From assembly GCF_009914755.1 (NCBI RefSeq), contig NC_060928.1: DNA of 64,000 nt. The stretch is one strand, 5' to 3'. A program made the position numbers and the translations under genes. Positions 1 through 15,617 of this stretch are shown here, piece after piece; position 1 is the stretch's first letter, and every line of letters begins with the position of its first letter. The notes under the pieces are model-generated. The model searched no databases. It saw only the letters and a list, made by a program, of their open reading frames with translations, and was not told the DNA's origin. Origin of the DNA: the human T2T-CHM13v2.0 reference genome, Homo sapiens.

Positions 1-330
1 TGTAGAGAAGAAAGTGGTTGAACATGAGTCAAGTTATGTTGGGAAAAGACTAGAGCGCGGCCTCTATTAGGCAACAGGGAGCCTATATTGTTATTTTTAA
101 GTAATGAAATCACATGATAGGTAAGCGTTTTACAAAGTATTTGTCAGCAGGGTAGAAAAAGAAATTAATGGGGAATGATTGGAAATGAAGAAAACTGTTT
201 AAAAGACAATTTCAACAATTCAGGTAGGAAGCAGTGACTTCAATTAGGGCAGGATCCATAGGAATAGAAAGCGAGAAGGGATTCGACAAATATTTTTGTA
301 AGATGGTAGCCTCTATGAGCCCCATATTTG
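1..330. mobile_element. Degraded L2 LINE fragment
   Basis: Resembles L2 sequence (e.g. ggcaacagggagcc...ttttaagtaatgaaatcacatgat); heavily diverged. Confidence 0.45.
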
Positions 331-382
331 AAATGTGGCTATCAAGATATTTATACTAACTTACTGAAAATGACTACAAATG

Positions 383-384
<2 letters not shown>

Positions 385-415
<31 letters not shown>
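385..415. repeat. (GT)15 microsatellite
   Basis: Direct read. Confidence 0.97.
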
Positions 416-416
<1 letters not shown>

Positions 417-479
417 ATGTTTAGGCATCAAAATGCTGAAAATATGGTAAGGAAATAAGCCAAAATGCATGTAAAAGGA

Positions 480-1215
480 ATAATCAGAAAGGAAACAAAG
501 CTGTGATGCTGAAACTAGCTTAATGTATCAAGGTCTGGAGGAGTGTGAAGGACAGGAAACAGAGCCCATCTATCATAACACTGGGCAGTCTAACAAGTAA
601 ATTCCTAATATATTTTGGGACCTCAAAGGTTCCACCACATGTGTAAACCTGTAAGAGTGAACTGATAATAAACCTTTCTGCTCCTTCCACTCCTCCAACC
701 TCAAGAGATTTCAAGAATTGAAAGGAAAGTTATCTTGCATTGGACAAAGCAGGGTATGGGGAAAAGAAATAAAAAAGCTATCCCTCAGAAATTGTACCCT
801 CCAGCCTGTCCTGAAAGAGATCTTATAGGCAAAATTCACATCTTTTGGGAGGTCCCCCCACAAATTCAAGTCTTGAATTTAACCTAAAATATTCTAAGAC
901 TGCCCTGTATAACATGGCAGAAGTAAACACGAATCCCCTCTGGAGAAACCCACTTACATCTCAGGCCTCAAATACTTTCCACATAGAATTTTTCAAAGGA
1001 AAACAGCAGTCAATGATAATCAAGTACACAAGGAAATAAGTTCCCATGAGCAAGAACCAGCAGAAACAATAGGCAACAAAACCAGACCTGTCTGTATTTC
1101 AAATGTTGATATAGACACTATTTTAATGTAAATAGAAGTATAAATATACATGTGTAAAGCAAATCATATTTAAAGAAAGAAAAGATAAGCTTAAAAATGC
1201 CTGCAGAGAGCAGAA
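480..1215 (+). mobile_element. Ancient L1-related (L1ME/HAL1-like) fragment
   Basis: A-rich, with motifs such as cacaaggaaataag...catgagcaagaaccagcagaaacaa typical of old L1 5' regions. Confidence 0.4.
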
Positions 1216-1219
1216 AACC

Positions 1220-1716
1220 ATTTATTTATAGATTTAGGGAGCACAGTGTCATTTTGTTACATGGATAAAATGTCATGTTTGTTACATGCATAGTGGTGAA
1301 AGCTTGGCTTTTAGTTTAACTATCACCTGAATAGTATACATTATGCCTGTGAAGTAATTTCTCATCCCTTAACTCCCTGCCAACCCCCTGCCCTTCCAAG
1401 TCTCCAGTGGCTATTATTCCACTCTCTCTGTGTACACATTATTTAGCTCCCAGGTAATAAGTTTAATACCCAGTAGGTAGTTCTTCTGATCTTCTCCCTC
1501 CTTCCACCCTCCACCCTCAAGTAGGCTCCTGTGTCTGTTGTTCCCCTCCTAGTATCCATGTGTTCTTGTTGTTTAGCTTCCACTTACAAGTGAGAACATG
1601 CAGTATTTGGTTTTCTGTTCCTGTGTTAGTTTGGTTAGGATAATGGCCTCTAGCTCTATCCATTGCCATAAAGGACAGGATCTTGTTCTTTTTTATAGCT
1701 GCATAGTATTTCACAT
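1220..1716 (-). mobile_element. L1 3' end fragments (L1PB/L1PA-type)
   Basis: Reverse-strand L1 3' UTR text (cacttacaagtgagaacatgcagtatttggttttctgttcctgtgttag); ORF 1517..1726 resembles the ORF2 C-terminus (YYAAIKKNKILSF). Confidence 0.85.
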
Positions 1717-1730
1717 AGAAAACCAATTTC

Positions 1731-2026
1731 TTTTCTGTTTGTTGTTTGTTTTTTGAGACATAGTCTCACTTTGGCCTGATCTCGGCTTACTGCAACCTCT
1801 GTCTCCCAGGTTCAAGCAATTCTTGTGCCTCAGCCTCCCAAGTATCTGGGATTACAGGTGTGCACCACCATGCCCAGCTAGTGTGTGTGTGTGTGTGTAT
1901 GTGTGTGTGTATTTTTAGTAGAGATGGGGTTTTGGCATGTTGGCCAGGCTGGTCTCGAACTCCTGGCCTCAAGTGATCCACCCACCTTGGCCTCCCAAAG
2001 TGCTGGGATTACAGGTGTTCCTGGCC
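1731..2026 (-). mobile_element. AluS with (TG)n expanded in the middle linker
   Basis: Alu dimer; flanking repeat aaaaccaatttct / aaaacctatttct. Confidence 0.95.
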
Positions 2027-2049
2027 AAAAACCTATTTCTTAAGTAAGT

Positions 2050-2460
2050 TATCGGTTAGTTATTTGTTAAGAATATTTTCAACAGAAAGTAATGAAGTAC
2101 CCAACTAACTGTGTATTAAGCAGTAAGACATCTGATTATGTCACACAATAAGAATAGTGAAAGTAGGCAGTCCCATGTTTTATGAAAAAAACAGCAATAT
2201 TCCCAAGGACCCTGGTTCTTTCTCCCTATCTATTCTACCATCTCTTATGTCCCTAAGGCTTGTTTGCAATCTCATGGTAACAATTCAGCTGCCACTGTTC
2301 TTCACTGAACTGGCTCAAAGCAGGAAGAAAGGATGGTAGAGAAAGGATGCCTCATGGGCTCAGTCTTTTCACCTGGGAAGAATATTTTCCAGAAGAAATG
2401 GGCTATCTCTAACATCCTTTTGCCTAGAATTGGGTCCATACATGTTAGCTAAAACTTTGT
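2050..2460. mobile_element. MLT1-type MaLR LTR fragment
   Basis: Similar to old MLT1 LTR text (caaggaccctggttctttctccct...gcctagaattgggtc). Confidence 0.5.
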
Positions 2461-2473
2461 CCTATGCCTACCC

Positions 2474-2657
2474 CAGTGTGTCTCAAACTTCGCTGCACAT
2501 GGAACTCACCTTGGGAGCCTTAGAAAGTACCGAGGCCTGAGACTTATTTCCAGAGATTCTGAGTGAAATTGCTCTGAGGTGTGACTTGGGCATCAGATTT
2601 GTTTGTTTGTGTGTTTCCCAGGTGATTCTAATGTGCAGCCAAGGTTGACAACCACTA
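2474..2657. mobile_element. MER5A-type hAT-Charlie MITE
   Basis: cagtg..tctcaaactt.gctgcacat at the left end and ccaggtgattctaatgtgcagccaaggttgacaaccact at the right end. Confidence 0.85.
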
Positions 2658-2759
2658 CCTGAAAGACCAATTATGGTCCCTTAGGGCTGGAAGAAGGGCC
2701 TAACTTTACAAGCTTAAGGGATCTGAGTTGCCAACCAAATGAAACTGAGGTAGAAAAAT

Positions 2760-3075
2760 GGCTGCTGGTGGCCCAGGATTCAGTTTTTCAACTTAGCCAA
2801 TCCAATGGAAAAAAGCTTCTCTTTCTCAATATTTCCAGTAAAAGTCCAGAATTGAGTCCCATGGGTCTATTTTTGGGTATGTGCCATCCTTGAACCAATA
2901 ATTATGGCCAAAAGGATTAAAAAAAAAAACCACTAATGGACCAATCCTGGTCATGCGCCAGGAAAGGAAATTCGCCCAAGTGGAGCCAAGTAGACTGTGA
3001 GTGGGAAAGGGGAGGGGATTATTCTCCAAAGAAAAATATAGGTGCCATTGTTAGAAAAAGAGAATAGAAAAAGCC
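2760..3075. mobile_element. MLT1-type MaLR LTR fragment
   Basis: Motif gggtatgtgccatccttgaaccaataattatggcc typical of MLT1K/L. Confidence 0.5.
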
Positions 3076-3595
3076 CAGAGGCTGACTAGTGCTCAATATA
3101 TATTTGTTGAATGAATGAATGGAAGAATGATACTTACTTCTCATTGTTTCCACTCCTAAGTGAGCAAAGGCAGTAACTAGCACACTTCACTCTCATTTAA
3201 CCTGAGGTTCATTCTGCAGAGGGGCTCTGTTGATTCTCAGGACAAGAATCTTTGAAATATGATTTAGTCTGTGTTCATGTATTTAGGATGACTATTTCTA
3301 TTCTTTGGTAGTGAACTAACTTCTACTAAACAGATAATGTGGATGGTTGTATGAAGAGGGCAAATATACTTAGTAGGAAATAAAATTGAGTATTGTGTCC
3401 AAATTTCACTTCTCTGATCACAATAGTGCCAGTTGTGCAGCTATAATTGTCAAATATTTAATATCAGAGAATAGCATACCATCAGATTATTAATTTTTGG
3501 TAAGCAAAAGTACTTTTACCTGAAAAAAATTTTTTATCTTTACAACCAAATGGAAGTATGACTTTATTGCCAACAGTTTTAAGAAAACAAGTTAA

Positions 3596-3911
3596 GGCCA
3601 GTTACAGTGGCTCACACCTATAATCCCAGCACTTTGGTAGGCCAAGATGAGAGGATCACTTGAGGCCAAGAGTTTGAGACCAGACTGGGCAATACAATGA
3701 GACCCTTGTCTCTCTACAAAAAATATAAAAACTAGTTGGGCATGGTGGTAGACGCCTGTAGTCCCAGCTACTCAGGAGGCTGAGATGGGAAGATGGCGTG
3801 AGCCTGGGAGGTTGAGCTGAGATCACACCACTGCACTCTAGTCTGGGCCACAGAGCAAGATCCTGTCTCAAAACCAACAACAACAAAAAAAACAAACAAA
3901 AAAAACAAAAA
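3596..3911 (+). mobile_element. AluJ
   Basis: Diverged Alu dimer with A-rich tail. Confidence 0.93.
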
Positions 3912-4107
3912 CAGAAAAACAGGAGGACATGATGATGAATGTTCAAAAAGAAATAAATGTTAGGATGCCATAAGCATTTCATTCAATCTATATCCTGACT
4001 CTGTGACACTCTACATATAGATTTAACCATTAGCCCCACAATAATTGCTTCTGCCTGCTAAAGTTTTTTTTTAAGAGTTTTCCAAAAGGTATAAAAATAA
4101 TCGTTTT

Positions 4108-4608
<501 letters not shown>

Positions 4609-4621
4609 TTATGTGTTAGTT

Positions 4622-4898
4622 GTTGTTGTTATCCACTCTATCGCCAGGCTGGAGCACAGTGGTGTGATCTCAGCTAACTGCAACCTCTGCCTCCTGGGTT
4701 CAAGCGATTCTCTTGCCTCAGCTCCGAGTAGCTAGAATTATAGGCGTCCGCCACCTTGCCCGGCTTAGTTTTTGTATTTTTAGTAGAGATGGGGTTTCAC
4801 CATGTTGGCCAGGCTGGTGTCGAATTTGACCTCAAGTGATCCGCCCCCCTCTGCCTTCCAAAGTGCTGGGATTACAAACGTGAGCCACCACGCCGGCC
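4622..4898 (-). mobile_element. AluS
   Basis: Alu dimer; TSD tatgtgttagtt. Confidence 0.95.
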
Positions 4899-5861
4899 TA
4901 TGTGTTAGTTTCTGATATAACAGATTAAACATATTTTTGCTAGTTTGCATTGGCCTACTAACGCAGAGAAAACCACAAGAGAATTCAGAATTGTATTGAC
5001 TTGTTTCATTCTGGGTGTCCTTGAAGGGAAGAATTCTCTAGGGTCAAATTTCAGTACTTTCTAGAGGTTTTTGTGGCAGCCATGGAGAGATGGGAGGTAG
5101 AAGGAAAAGCAGACAACCATGTGGGAGTGCTTAGTAACAATGTACAAGACATAGAACACAGAGGCTGAATTAGAAGGCCTTCAATTCCTGACATCTTAAA
5201 ATATAATCAGTTAATTCCAGCCAAGTACTTTTTGTACATAATCCTCTGATTTTGTGTGTGAGAGAACATTAGTTCTATCTACAGTTCTATTACCCTTTTA
5301 AAAATGTTTTATTTATTGGAAATTTAAGACAGACAATAGTATACAAAGAATTTAATGTTTCACATTTCTAGCAACCAGAACTTAACATATTTCCTTTCTT
5401 CCTATTTTCCTTCCTTCAACTTAATTACTCTTTTGTTTTTAAAAATGATACATATTGATTATAAAGAACTAATACAGAAAAAGAGAAACATGAAAGAAAA
5501 AACCGAAATCCCAGAACTAGAAATAACATCAACAATCAGGTGAATATCAGTTAAATTATTTTTCTATGCAAGTAGGCAGAGATAACTAGATACGTGAAAC
5601 TTTTTGCATTAAACTAGAATCATACACTAGATGCTACTTCTAATATAAAAGCACTAAATTTAACTTGAATGCTGACAAGAAAGAAAAGCTGAAATGGAAG
5701 ACAACAAATTGTTACACACACACACACACATTTACGGTTTATACATACGCCTCAGGAGACATACAAAAGGCTAAAAAATAATTTTAAAACAACTTTTTAA
5801 AATCAGCATTGCCATGAGTTTTATTTTTTAAAAAACATTCCTCTTAAAAGCAGTAAGAATT

Positions 5862-6168
5862 GATTGGGCACAGTGGCTCATACCCGTAATCCAGCACTTT
5901 GGGGGGTGAGGTGGGAGGACCACTTGAGGCCAGGAGTTTGAGGCCAGGAGTTCGAGACTACACCTCAGCAACATAGCAAGACCTTATCTCTAAAAAAATA
6001 TTTAATAATTAGCTGGGTGTGGTGGTGCATACCTGTAGTTCCAGCTACTCAGAAGGCTGAGGTGGGTGGATTGCTCGAGCCCAGGAGTTTGAGGCTACAG
6101 TGAGCTATGATTGGGGCATTATACTCTAGCTTTGGAGAGAGAAAGAGACCCTGTTTCTAAAAAACAAA
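5862..6168 (+). mobile_element. AluJ
   Basis: Diverged Alu with a small internal duplication of gaggccaggagtt. Confidence 0.93.
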
Positions 6169-6401
6169 ATGAAGTAAAAATTGACCCTTTGTTACAAAAG
6201 ATGGGACATGAACACCCTCACAATGCCTCTTTCCCCCCAGTTCATGTCTTGAATTTATTTACTTATTTTTTTTTTTAATGCCCAGGTTTATAAAGTTAAC
6301 ATTCTCTTCTATAGGACACATTCCCATTCTTACTAATTTCTGTGTTTAAATTTACTTAGTGCCACCATCAGCTTTTATCACAGCTCCCTATTTCTCTATT
6401 C

Positions 6402-7310
<909 letters not shown>

Positions 7311-8007
7311 TACGTGTGCATGTGTGTGTGTGCGTGTGTGTGTGTGTGTATGTCTGTAACCTGCAGTTCAGTAACTGCTAGGATGAGTGTTAAGATTTCC
7401 ATTTTAAATTTTACTGAAGAATAGCCTGTATCCTGCAATTATAGATTTTTCCTTTATTTTAGAGACATTTTCTTGTAATATACTATATTTGAATATATCT
7501 TCTGTTCGTTTTGTGGGGTCTTTGCTTCAGAGACCTCAATTATCCTTATTTTGGTGCTGACTTCATTTGTTTTCCCTATCTATTAACTTTGTTTCACTTT
7601 AACCACCATATTTCTTTCATCCGACTTGGTTGTATAATCACATCGTTAAGATCTTTTTTTAGTTTCAGTGTTCTCATTAAGATGAACAATGCAAAAGGAA
7701 TCTCCTGTGTTTTGAATTTTATTTTTTTCTGGATTTTCTTTTTTTTTTTTCTTTTGCTTCCCACCGACTGCTTGAGATTCTATATGTTCTTACTCTTTAT
7801 CTGTACCTTAAGGAAATGGTGGGGAATGGGAGGAGTGTGCAGGCTGTGTTAGATGACCTGGGGTCCTGCACTTTTTTCCTGAACTTTTATTACATATCCT
7901 GTACAAGGGTTCACTCCAACTAATTAGGGCTCAATACCATTCACAATGGGGAGTGAGTGTTCTTGGGCTTTGGATTGTTTTCTGTCTCACCCATTTCTCC
8001 CCTTTAG

Positions 8008-8889
<882 letters not shown>

Positions 8890-8919
8890 GGTTTTTACAT
8901 TTTTTAAAAAACCTATGAT

Positions 8920-9160
8920 AGGCAGCTGTAGTAGAATAGATAAAGGCATAAACTCTAGAGCCACACTTGCTGGCTTCAAGTCTCGCTCTTTGCTCAATGA
9001 GACTGGGCGTGAAGCTATTTAGCTTCTATGTTAGTTTTCCAGTCTGTCAAGTGCCTTCCTCAAAGCGTTGCTGTTAAGATCAAAGCACTTAATGCAGATA
9101 AAGCTTTTAGAACCATCCCTGGCATAGAGTAAGCACTTAGTGAATGTCAGATAATCTTTT
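8920..9160 (+). mobile_element. MIR SINE
   Basis: MIR-like core and 3' end (cctggcatagagtaagcacttagtgaatg). Confidence 0.65.
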
Positions 9161-9460
9161 TATTTTTAATGCAGTTATCTTTGTTAAGTATTAAGCAGCA
9201 GAAAATTCTTTTCAATCTATCTCCTTAAGCCAGAAGTCTCTGGTTTTATTCTTTAGCTTAATGTTTCCTAATATTCTTGAGTCTATGATATATATATGCA
9301 GCCTGACTGAATGGCACAATGAGGTTATTCAGAGGTAATATCTATTGGTCTAAACTTTCTACTTCAAACTCCCCAAATCATGTAAACATGCCCATTATTC
9401 TCCTTTTTCATTTTGTCCTCTTCTCACAAAAACTCTGTCAAATGTCAAAAGTGAAGAAAT

Positions 9461-10118
9461 CCACGACTTTGGAGTTTATTAAGCCTTAATCTTCTCTGGT
9501 ATATAGTATATGCTCCAATTGCTGTTTATGGAATAAAGATACTGAATCTAAGACTTGCTCCACAATTGTTGGAATACTGACACCCTCTAAGTATCATTTG
9601 AGAGCTCATGCTATTATTTCATGGATTGTGCATCCTAAAAAGAACCAATTTATGTAGTTACCTAGACATCACCTTTTATCATTGCATAAGTTAACATATC
9701 TTTCAAAATATATTTTTGGCTTTTCAAATATCTCACCCATGCCAACAATCCCTAAATGGTGGGCCCTACAAGTATACTGCATATGGGTTACACATGGGCA
9801 GTCATATTGATCCCTCCCAATGGCTGGACTGAGGCTGGAAAGCTGGAATGCCCTGCTTTTGGACTTTTCTACTTAGCCCTACAACAATGGTCATTTCTTA
9901 TGTATGCCATAACTTGGAATAAGTTGGGGTGAATAGAGGGATTTATGCAGTCAAGAGATCAATTTTGCCAAAACACAGAAGCTCTCAAGTAGACCCATGA
10001 CTTTGGAGAGTTTATGAAGTCTTAACCTTCTCTGGTATATAGTATATGCCCCAATTGCTGTTTACTGAAGAAAGATACTGAATGTAAGACTTGCTCCACA
10101 ATTGTTGGAATATGGACA
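9461..10118. repeat. Direct repeat pair (~122 bp) around a 412 bp spacer
   Basis: 9461-9582 vs 9995-10118: 11 substitutions and one 2-bp indel by manual alignment. Confidence 0.93.
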
Positions 10119-10638
10119 AATGATGGGTTTGAGAAGGTTTATAAAACTCTTAAAATTGTGTGCAAACTTTGTGCATGTGTTTTTCTGAGGGTGTGTAACT
10201 TTTGTAAAATCTTTAAAACAGAGTTTTTCAAAGTGCAATTTGAGGTCCAGAATTATCTGAAAAGAATGTTGTTAAAAATAGATTCCCAGGAGCCATCTTA
10301 CTGAATATTAAATCACTTTAAATGAGTAAAATAAAATCCTTGACTTATGTCCAAATTTTTTATTACTGCATAAGTGTTAATTATTTTTATTAAGTGGACA
10401 TTGGTGTAGTATTTGTGTCAAAATCAGGAAAAAAAGAATTGATGGTTTTTATTTGTCAATGAACTCTGAATTTATTGATAATATCAAGCCATCAAAAGTT
10501 AATAAGATCTGTTGCTTTACTGATAAAAGTTTTATATATAGAATAAGATAAATGAAAATTTCCTTTAATTCTTCAGAGATTATTTCACACTTAAGAGTAT
10601 GTTCCTTCTCAGAAACTTTGATAGAAAGAATAATTTTA

Positions 10639-10957
<319 letters not shown>

Positions 10958-11817
10958 AGAATAACTTTCTCTCAGTAAAAGCTGCTTAAAGATGAAATGG
11001 GTCATTTTGGGGAACAACAAGTTTCCAGCTCACTAAGAGTGGTGAAACATAAAGGGCAAGTTCACTTCTAGGAATACCGTAGAAGGAACTCAAACATCAG
11101 GACCATTGACCTTCTACTGTTCTATTTATCTTGCCTCTGTGTCGCAGTATCTTTTAATCTTGACAAAATTCTTATTATCTTGAAAAAGGTAATACATACT
11201 CATTGTAGAAAAGTTGGAAAATATAAACCAGCAGGGGAAAATAAAAAAGTTTAACTCTATGTTACCCATAGAAAATTGCTGCTAACATTTTATTTTAGAC
11301 TCCTCTAGTCTTTCATAGACATATAGATTTTAGAAATTTTTTTACATAATAGAGTTATATTGTGCCTTAGCTAACATCCTACTGAATGGGGAAAAATCAA
11401 AAGCCTTTCCTCTATGAGCTGAAACAAGACAAGGATACCCACTTTCACTACTGTTATTTGACATAGTACTACTATAAGTCCTGGCTAGAGCAGTCAGACA
11501 AGAGAAAGAAATAGAGGACATCCAAACTGGAAAGAAAGAAGTCAAATTAGCCTTGTTCACAGATGACCTGATATACTGAGGAACACCTAAGATCCCCATC
11601 AAAAAACTATAAGAACTGATAAACAAATTCAGTAAAGTTGCAAGATACAAAATCAACATAGGAAAATTAGTAGTATTTATATATGCCAATAGCAAACAAG
11701 TGAAAGATCTATACAAGGAAAACTATAAAACACTGATTAAAGAAATTGAAGAGGACACACAAAATGATGAAAAGATAGTTCATGCTCACAGATTGGAAGA
11801 GTTAATATATATATATA

Positions 11818-12105
<288 letters not shown>

Positions 12106-12994
12106 GAGTTAATATTGTTAAAATGACAATTCTACACAAAGCAATTTATAGATTCAATGAAATCCCTTCTGAAATACCAATGACATTCTTCACAGAAATA
12201 GAAAAAAAAATCCTAAAATCTATGTGGAACCACAAAGGACCCCTAATAATCAAAGCAATCTTGAGCAAAAAGAACAAAACTGGAGGCATCATATTACCTG
12301 ACTTTAAAATATACTACAAAGCTATAGTAATCAAATTAGCATGGTACTGGCATAAAAACAAACACCTAGACCAGTGGAACAGAATAGAGAATCCAGATAT
12401 GAATCCAGATATTTAGAGCCAGCTCATTTTCAATAAAGGTGTCAGGAACAAAGAATGGGGAAAAAACATTCTCTTCAATAAATGCTGCTGGGAAAACTGG
12501 ATATCCATATGCAGAAGAATGAAACTAGACCCCTATCTCCCATCATATACAAAAATCAAATAAAAATGAATCAAATGAATCAAAGATTTAATCTAAGACC
12601 TGAAACTGTGAAACTACTAGAAGAAAACATTGGGAAAACACTCCAGGACATTGGTCTGGGCAAAGATTTTTTGTGTAAGACCTCAAAAGCATTGGCAACC
12701 AAAGCAATAATGGACAAATGAGATCATATCAAGCCTAAAAGCTTCTACACAGTGAAAGAAACAATCAACAAAGTGAAGAGACAAACCTATGACAAGGGAT
12801 TAATAACCAGAATATTTAAGGAGCTTAAACAACTCAATAGCAAAAAATTCCAAATAATCTGATGTAAAATTGGGCAAAAGATCTGAACAGATATTTATCA
12901 AAAGAAGACATACAAATGACTAAGAGATATATGAAAAACCACCATGAGATATCATCTCACCCCAGTTAAAATGGCTTTTATAAAGAGGAGAGGG

Positions 12995-13441
<447 letters not shown>

Positions 13442-14736
13442 CTACCATATGATTTGGTAAGTCCACTATTGGGTATATATCCAAAAAAGAAATTTAAAAA
13501 AAGGAAATCAATATATCGAAGAGATATCTGCACTCCCATGTTTATTGCAGCACTATTCATATAGCCAAGATTTGGAAGCAACCTAAGTATCCATCAATGG
13601 ATGAATGGATAAAGAAAAGGTGGTATGTATACACAATGGAATATTTTTCAGCCATGAAAAAGAATAAGATCCTGTCATTTGCGGCAACACAGATGGAACT
13701 AGAAGTCATTATTTTAGTGAAATAAGCTAAGCTCAGAAAGACAAATACTGCATATTTCTCACTCATGTGGGAGCTTAAAAAGTGGATCTCATGAAGATAG
13801 AGAAGATAGAGTAGATTGGTGGTTACCAGAGGCTGGGAAGCACAGAGGGGTGGAGAGATGAAGACAGGTTGATTAATGGGTGTAAATATACAGTTTGATA
13901 GAAGAAGTAATAACTAGTGTTTGATAGATCAGTAAGGCGATGATAGATTACAATAATCTATTGTATATTTCAGAATAACTGGAAGGGAATAATTTTTAGT
14001 ATAAAGGCAAGCATTTAAGGTGACGGATATCCCAATTAAGCTGATTTGATCTTTACAAATTTTATGAATGTAGTAGATTGTCACGTGTTCACCAAAACAT
14101 GTACATCTACTATGTATTAATAAATTTAAAAAAGAAAAGAAGAAAAAAATTATACTGTGCCTAATAGTTTAGAAATTACTTTTCACTTAGTATTGATATT
14201 CTCTATATTTTTTAGAATAACATTTTTAATGTCAACCTCTTATTTTATCTTATGGATAGTCATGTGATAATACTCTAATCACTTTCTCATATTGAATGTT
14301 TTTTTTCTTACTCTTTGCCATTATAGACATCATTGCAATAAATATCTACATGTATTTTCTGTCTTAATTATTTGGATATCTATTATGTATATTCTGTCTT
14401 AATTATTTGGATTTCTGCATTAACAACTTGGTCTCAAAATAAATAAATAAATAAATAAAAATAGAGACATACATGACTGGGTAGTTCTGGGTTGGAATCT
14501 CCTGTAAGGTCGTAATCAAGATGTCACAGAGTCTGCAGTCACCTGAAGTCTTGTCAGAGGCTAAAGACTTGGCTGTCATGATTGGCTAGTTAATGTTGAT
14601 TTTGGCAGAAGGCCGCAGTTCCTCCCCTCATAGATCTGCCCACAGGCTGTTTGAGTTTTCTTACAACACAGCAACTCACCTCCCCCCAGAGCAAGTGATG
14701 TGAGAGAGGGAAAGCCAGATACACAGATGCAAGCTG

Positions 14737-14770
<34 letters not shown>

Positions 14771-14866
14771 TTTAGCCTTCAAATTCATATGGCAGCAGCT
14801 CCTTCACATGGTATCCTTTAGAAGTTAGTCCTCACTAAGTCTGGTCCACATTCAAGAGGAGAGGAA

Positions 14867-15129
<263 letters not shown>

Positions 15130-15141
15130 TTAGGCTCCATG

Positions 15142-15207
15142 TTTTTTTTTTTTTTGGAGACAGGGTCTCGCTCTGTCGCTCAGGCTGGAGTGCAGTGGCA
15201 TGATCTC
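15142..15207 (-). mobile_element. Severely 5'-truncated Alu (3' end only)
   Basis: Poly-T plus Alu 3' end; TSD ttaggctccat at 15130-15140 and 15208-15218. Confidence 0.9.
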
Positions 15208-15600
15208 TTAGGCTCCATCTTTTGAAGGGAGGAGAGTAAAACATTTTATAGACACATTTTAAAAACCACCACTACAGCTAATCTTCAAATAAATTTCTAT
15301 AGGTGGGACTTGAAGTTTCAAAGAATATGGAACATGTGAAGGCATCTTATACAGTACCTATTTCTGAATTGCCCTTCAGACAATTTGTATTCATTTATAC
15401 TCTTCTAGCAGTATATGTAGTTTTCTACTTCCCACAGCCCTAGGAAACACTGTGTATTGTTTTTAAACACGGCCTCTGCTTCTTTGAGAATTAGAAAAAA
15501 GTGCCTCTTCCTCTGGGCAGGCAGATGCACCCACTAGGGTATATGGCTTTGCAAAAGGACTGCCAGCTGGGTTCTAGCTCCCCCAAGTCTGCTGGGCTGG

Positions 15601-15617
15601 GCGCCCTCTTGCAGGCC
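15601..15617 (-). promoter_or_regulatory. Candidate CTCF site
   Basis: Reverse strand GGCCTGCAAGAGGGCGC resembles CCASYAGRKGGCRS; motif evidence only. Confidence 0.35.

Noticed and set aside
9461-10118. Repeat-spacer-repeat read as a CRISPR-like array or LTR retroelement
   Set aside because: Only two long, diverged copies; eukaryotic context; no cas genes, TG..CA termini, PBS or PPT seen
14350-14415. Short imperfect tandem duplications (also ~24020-24060, ~37488-37540, ~41705-41730)
   Set aside because: Ordinary slippage products with no further structure
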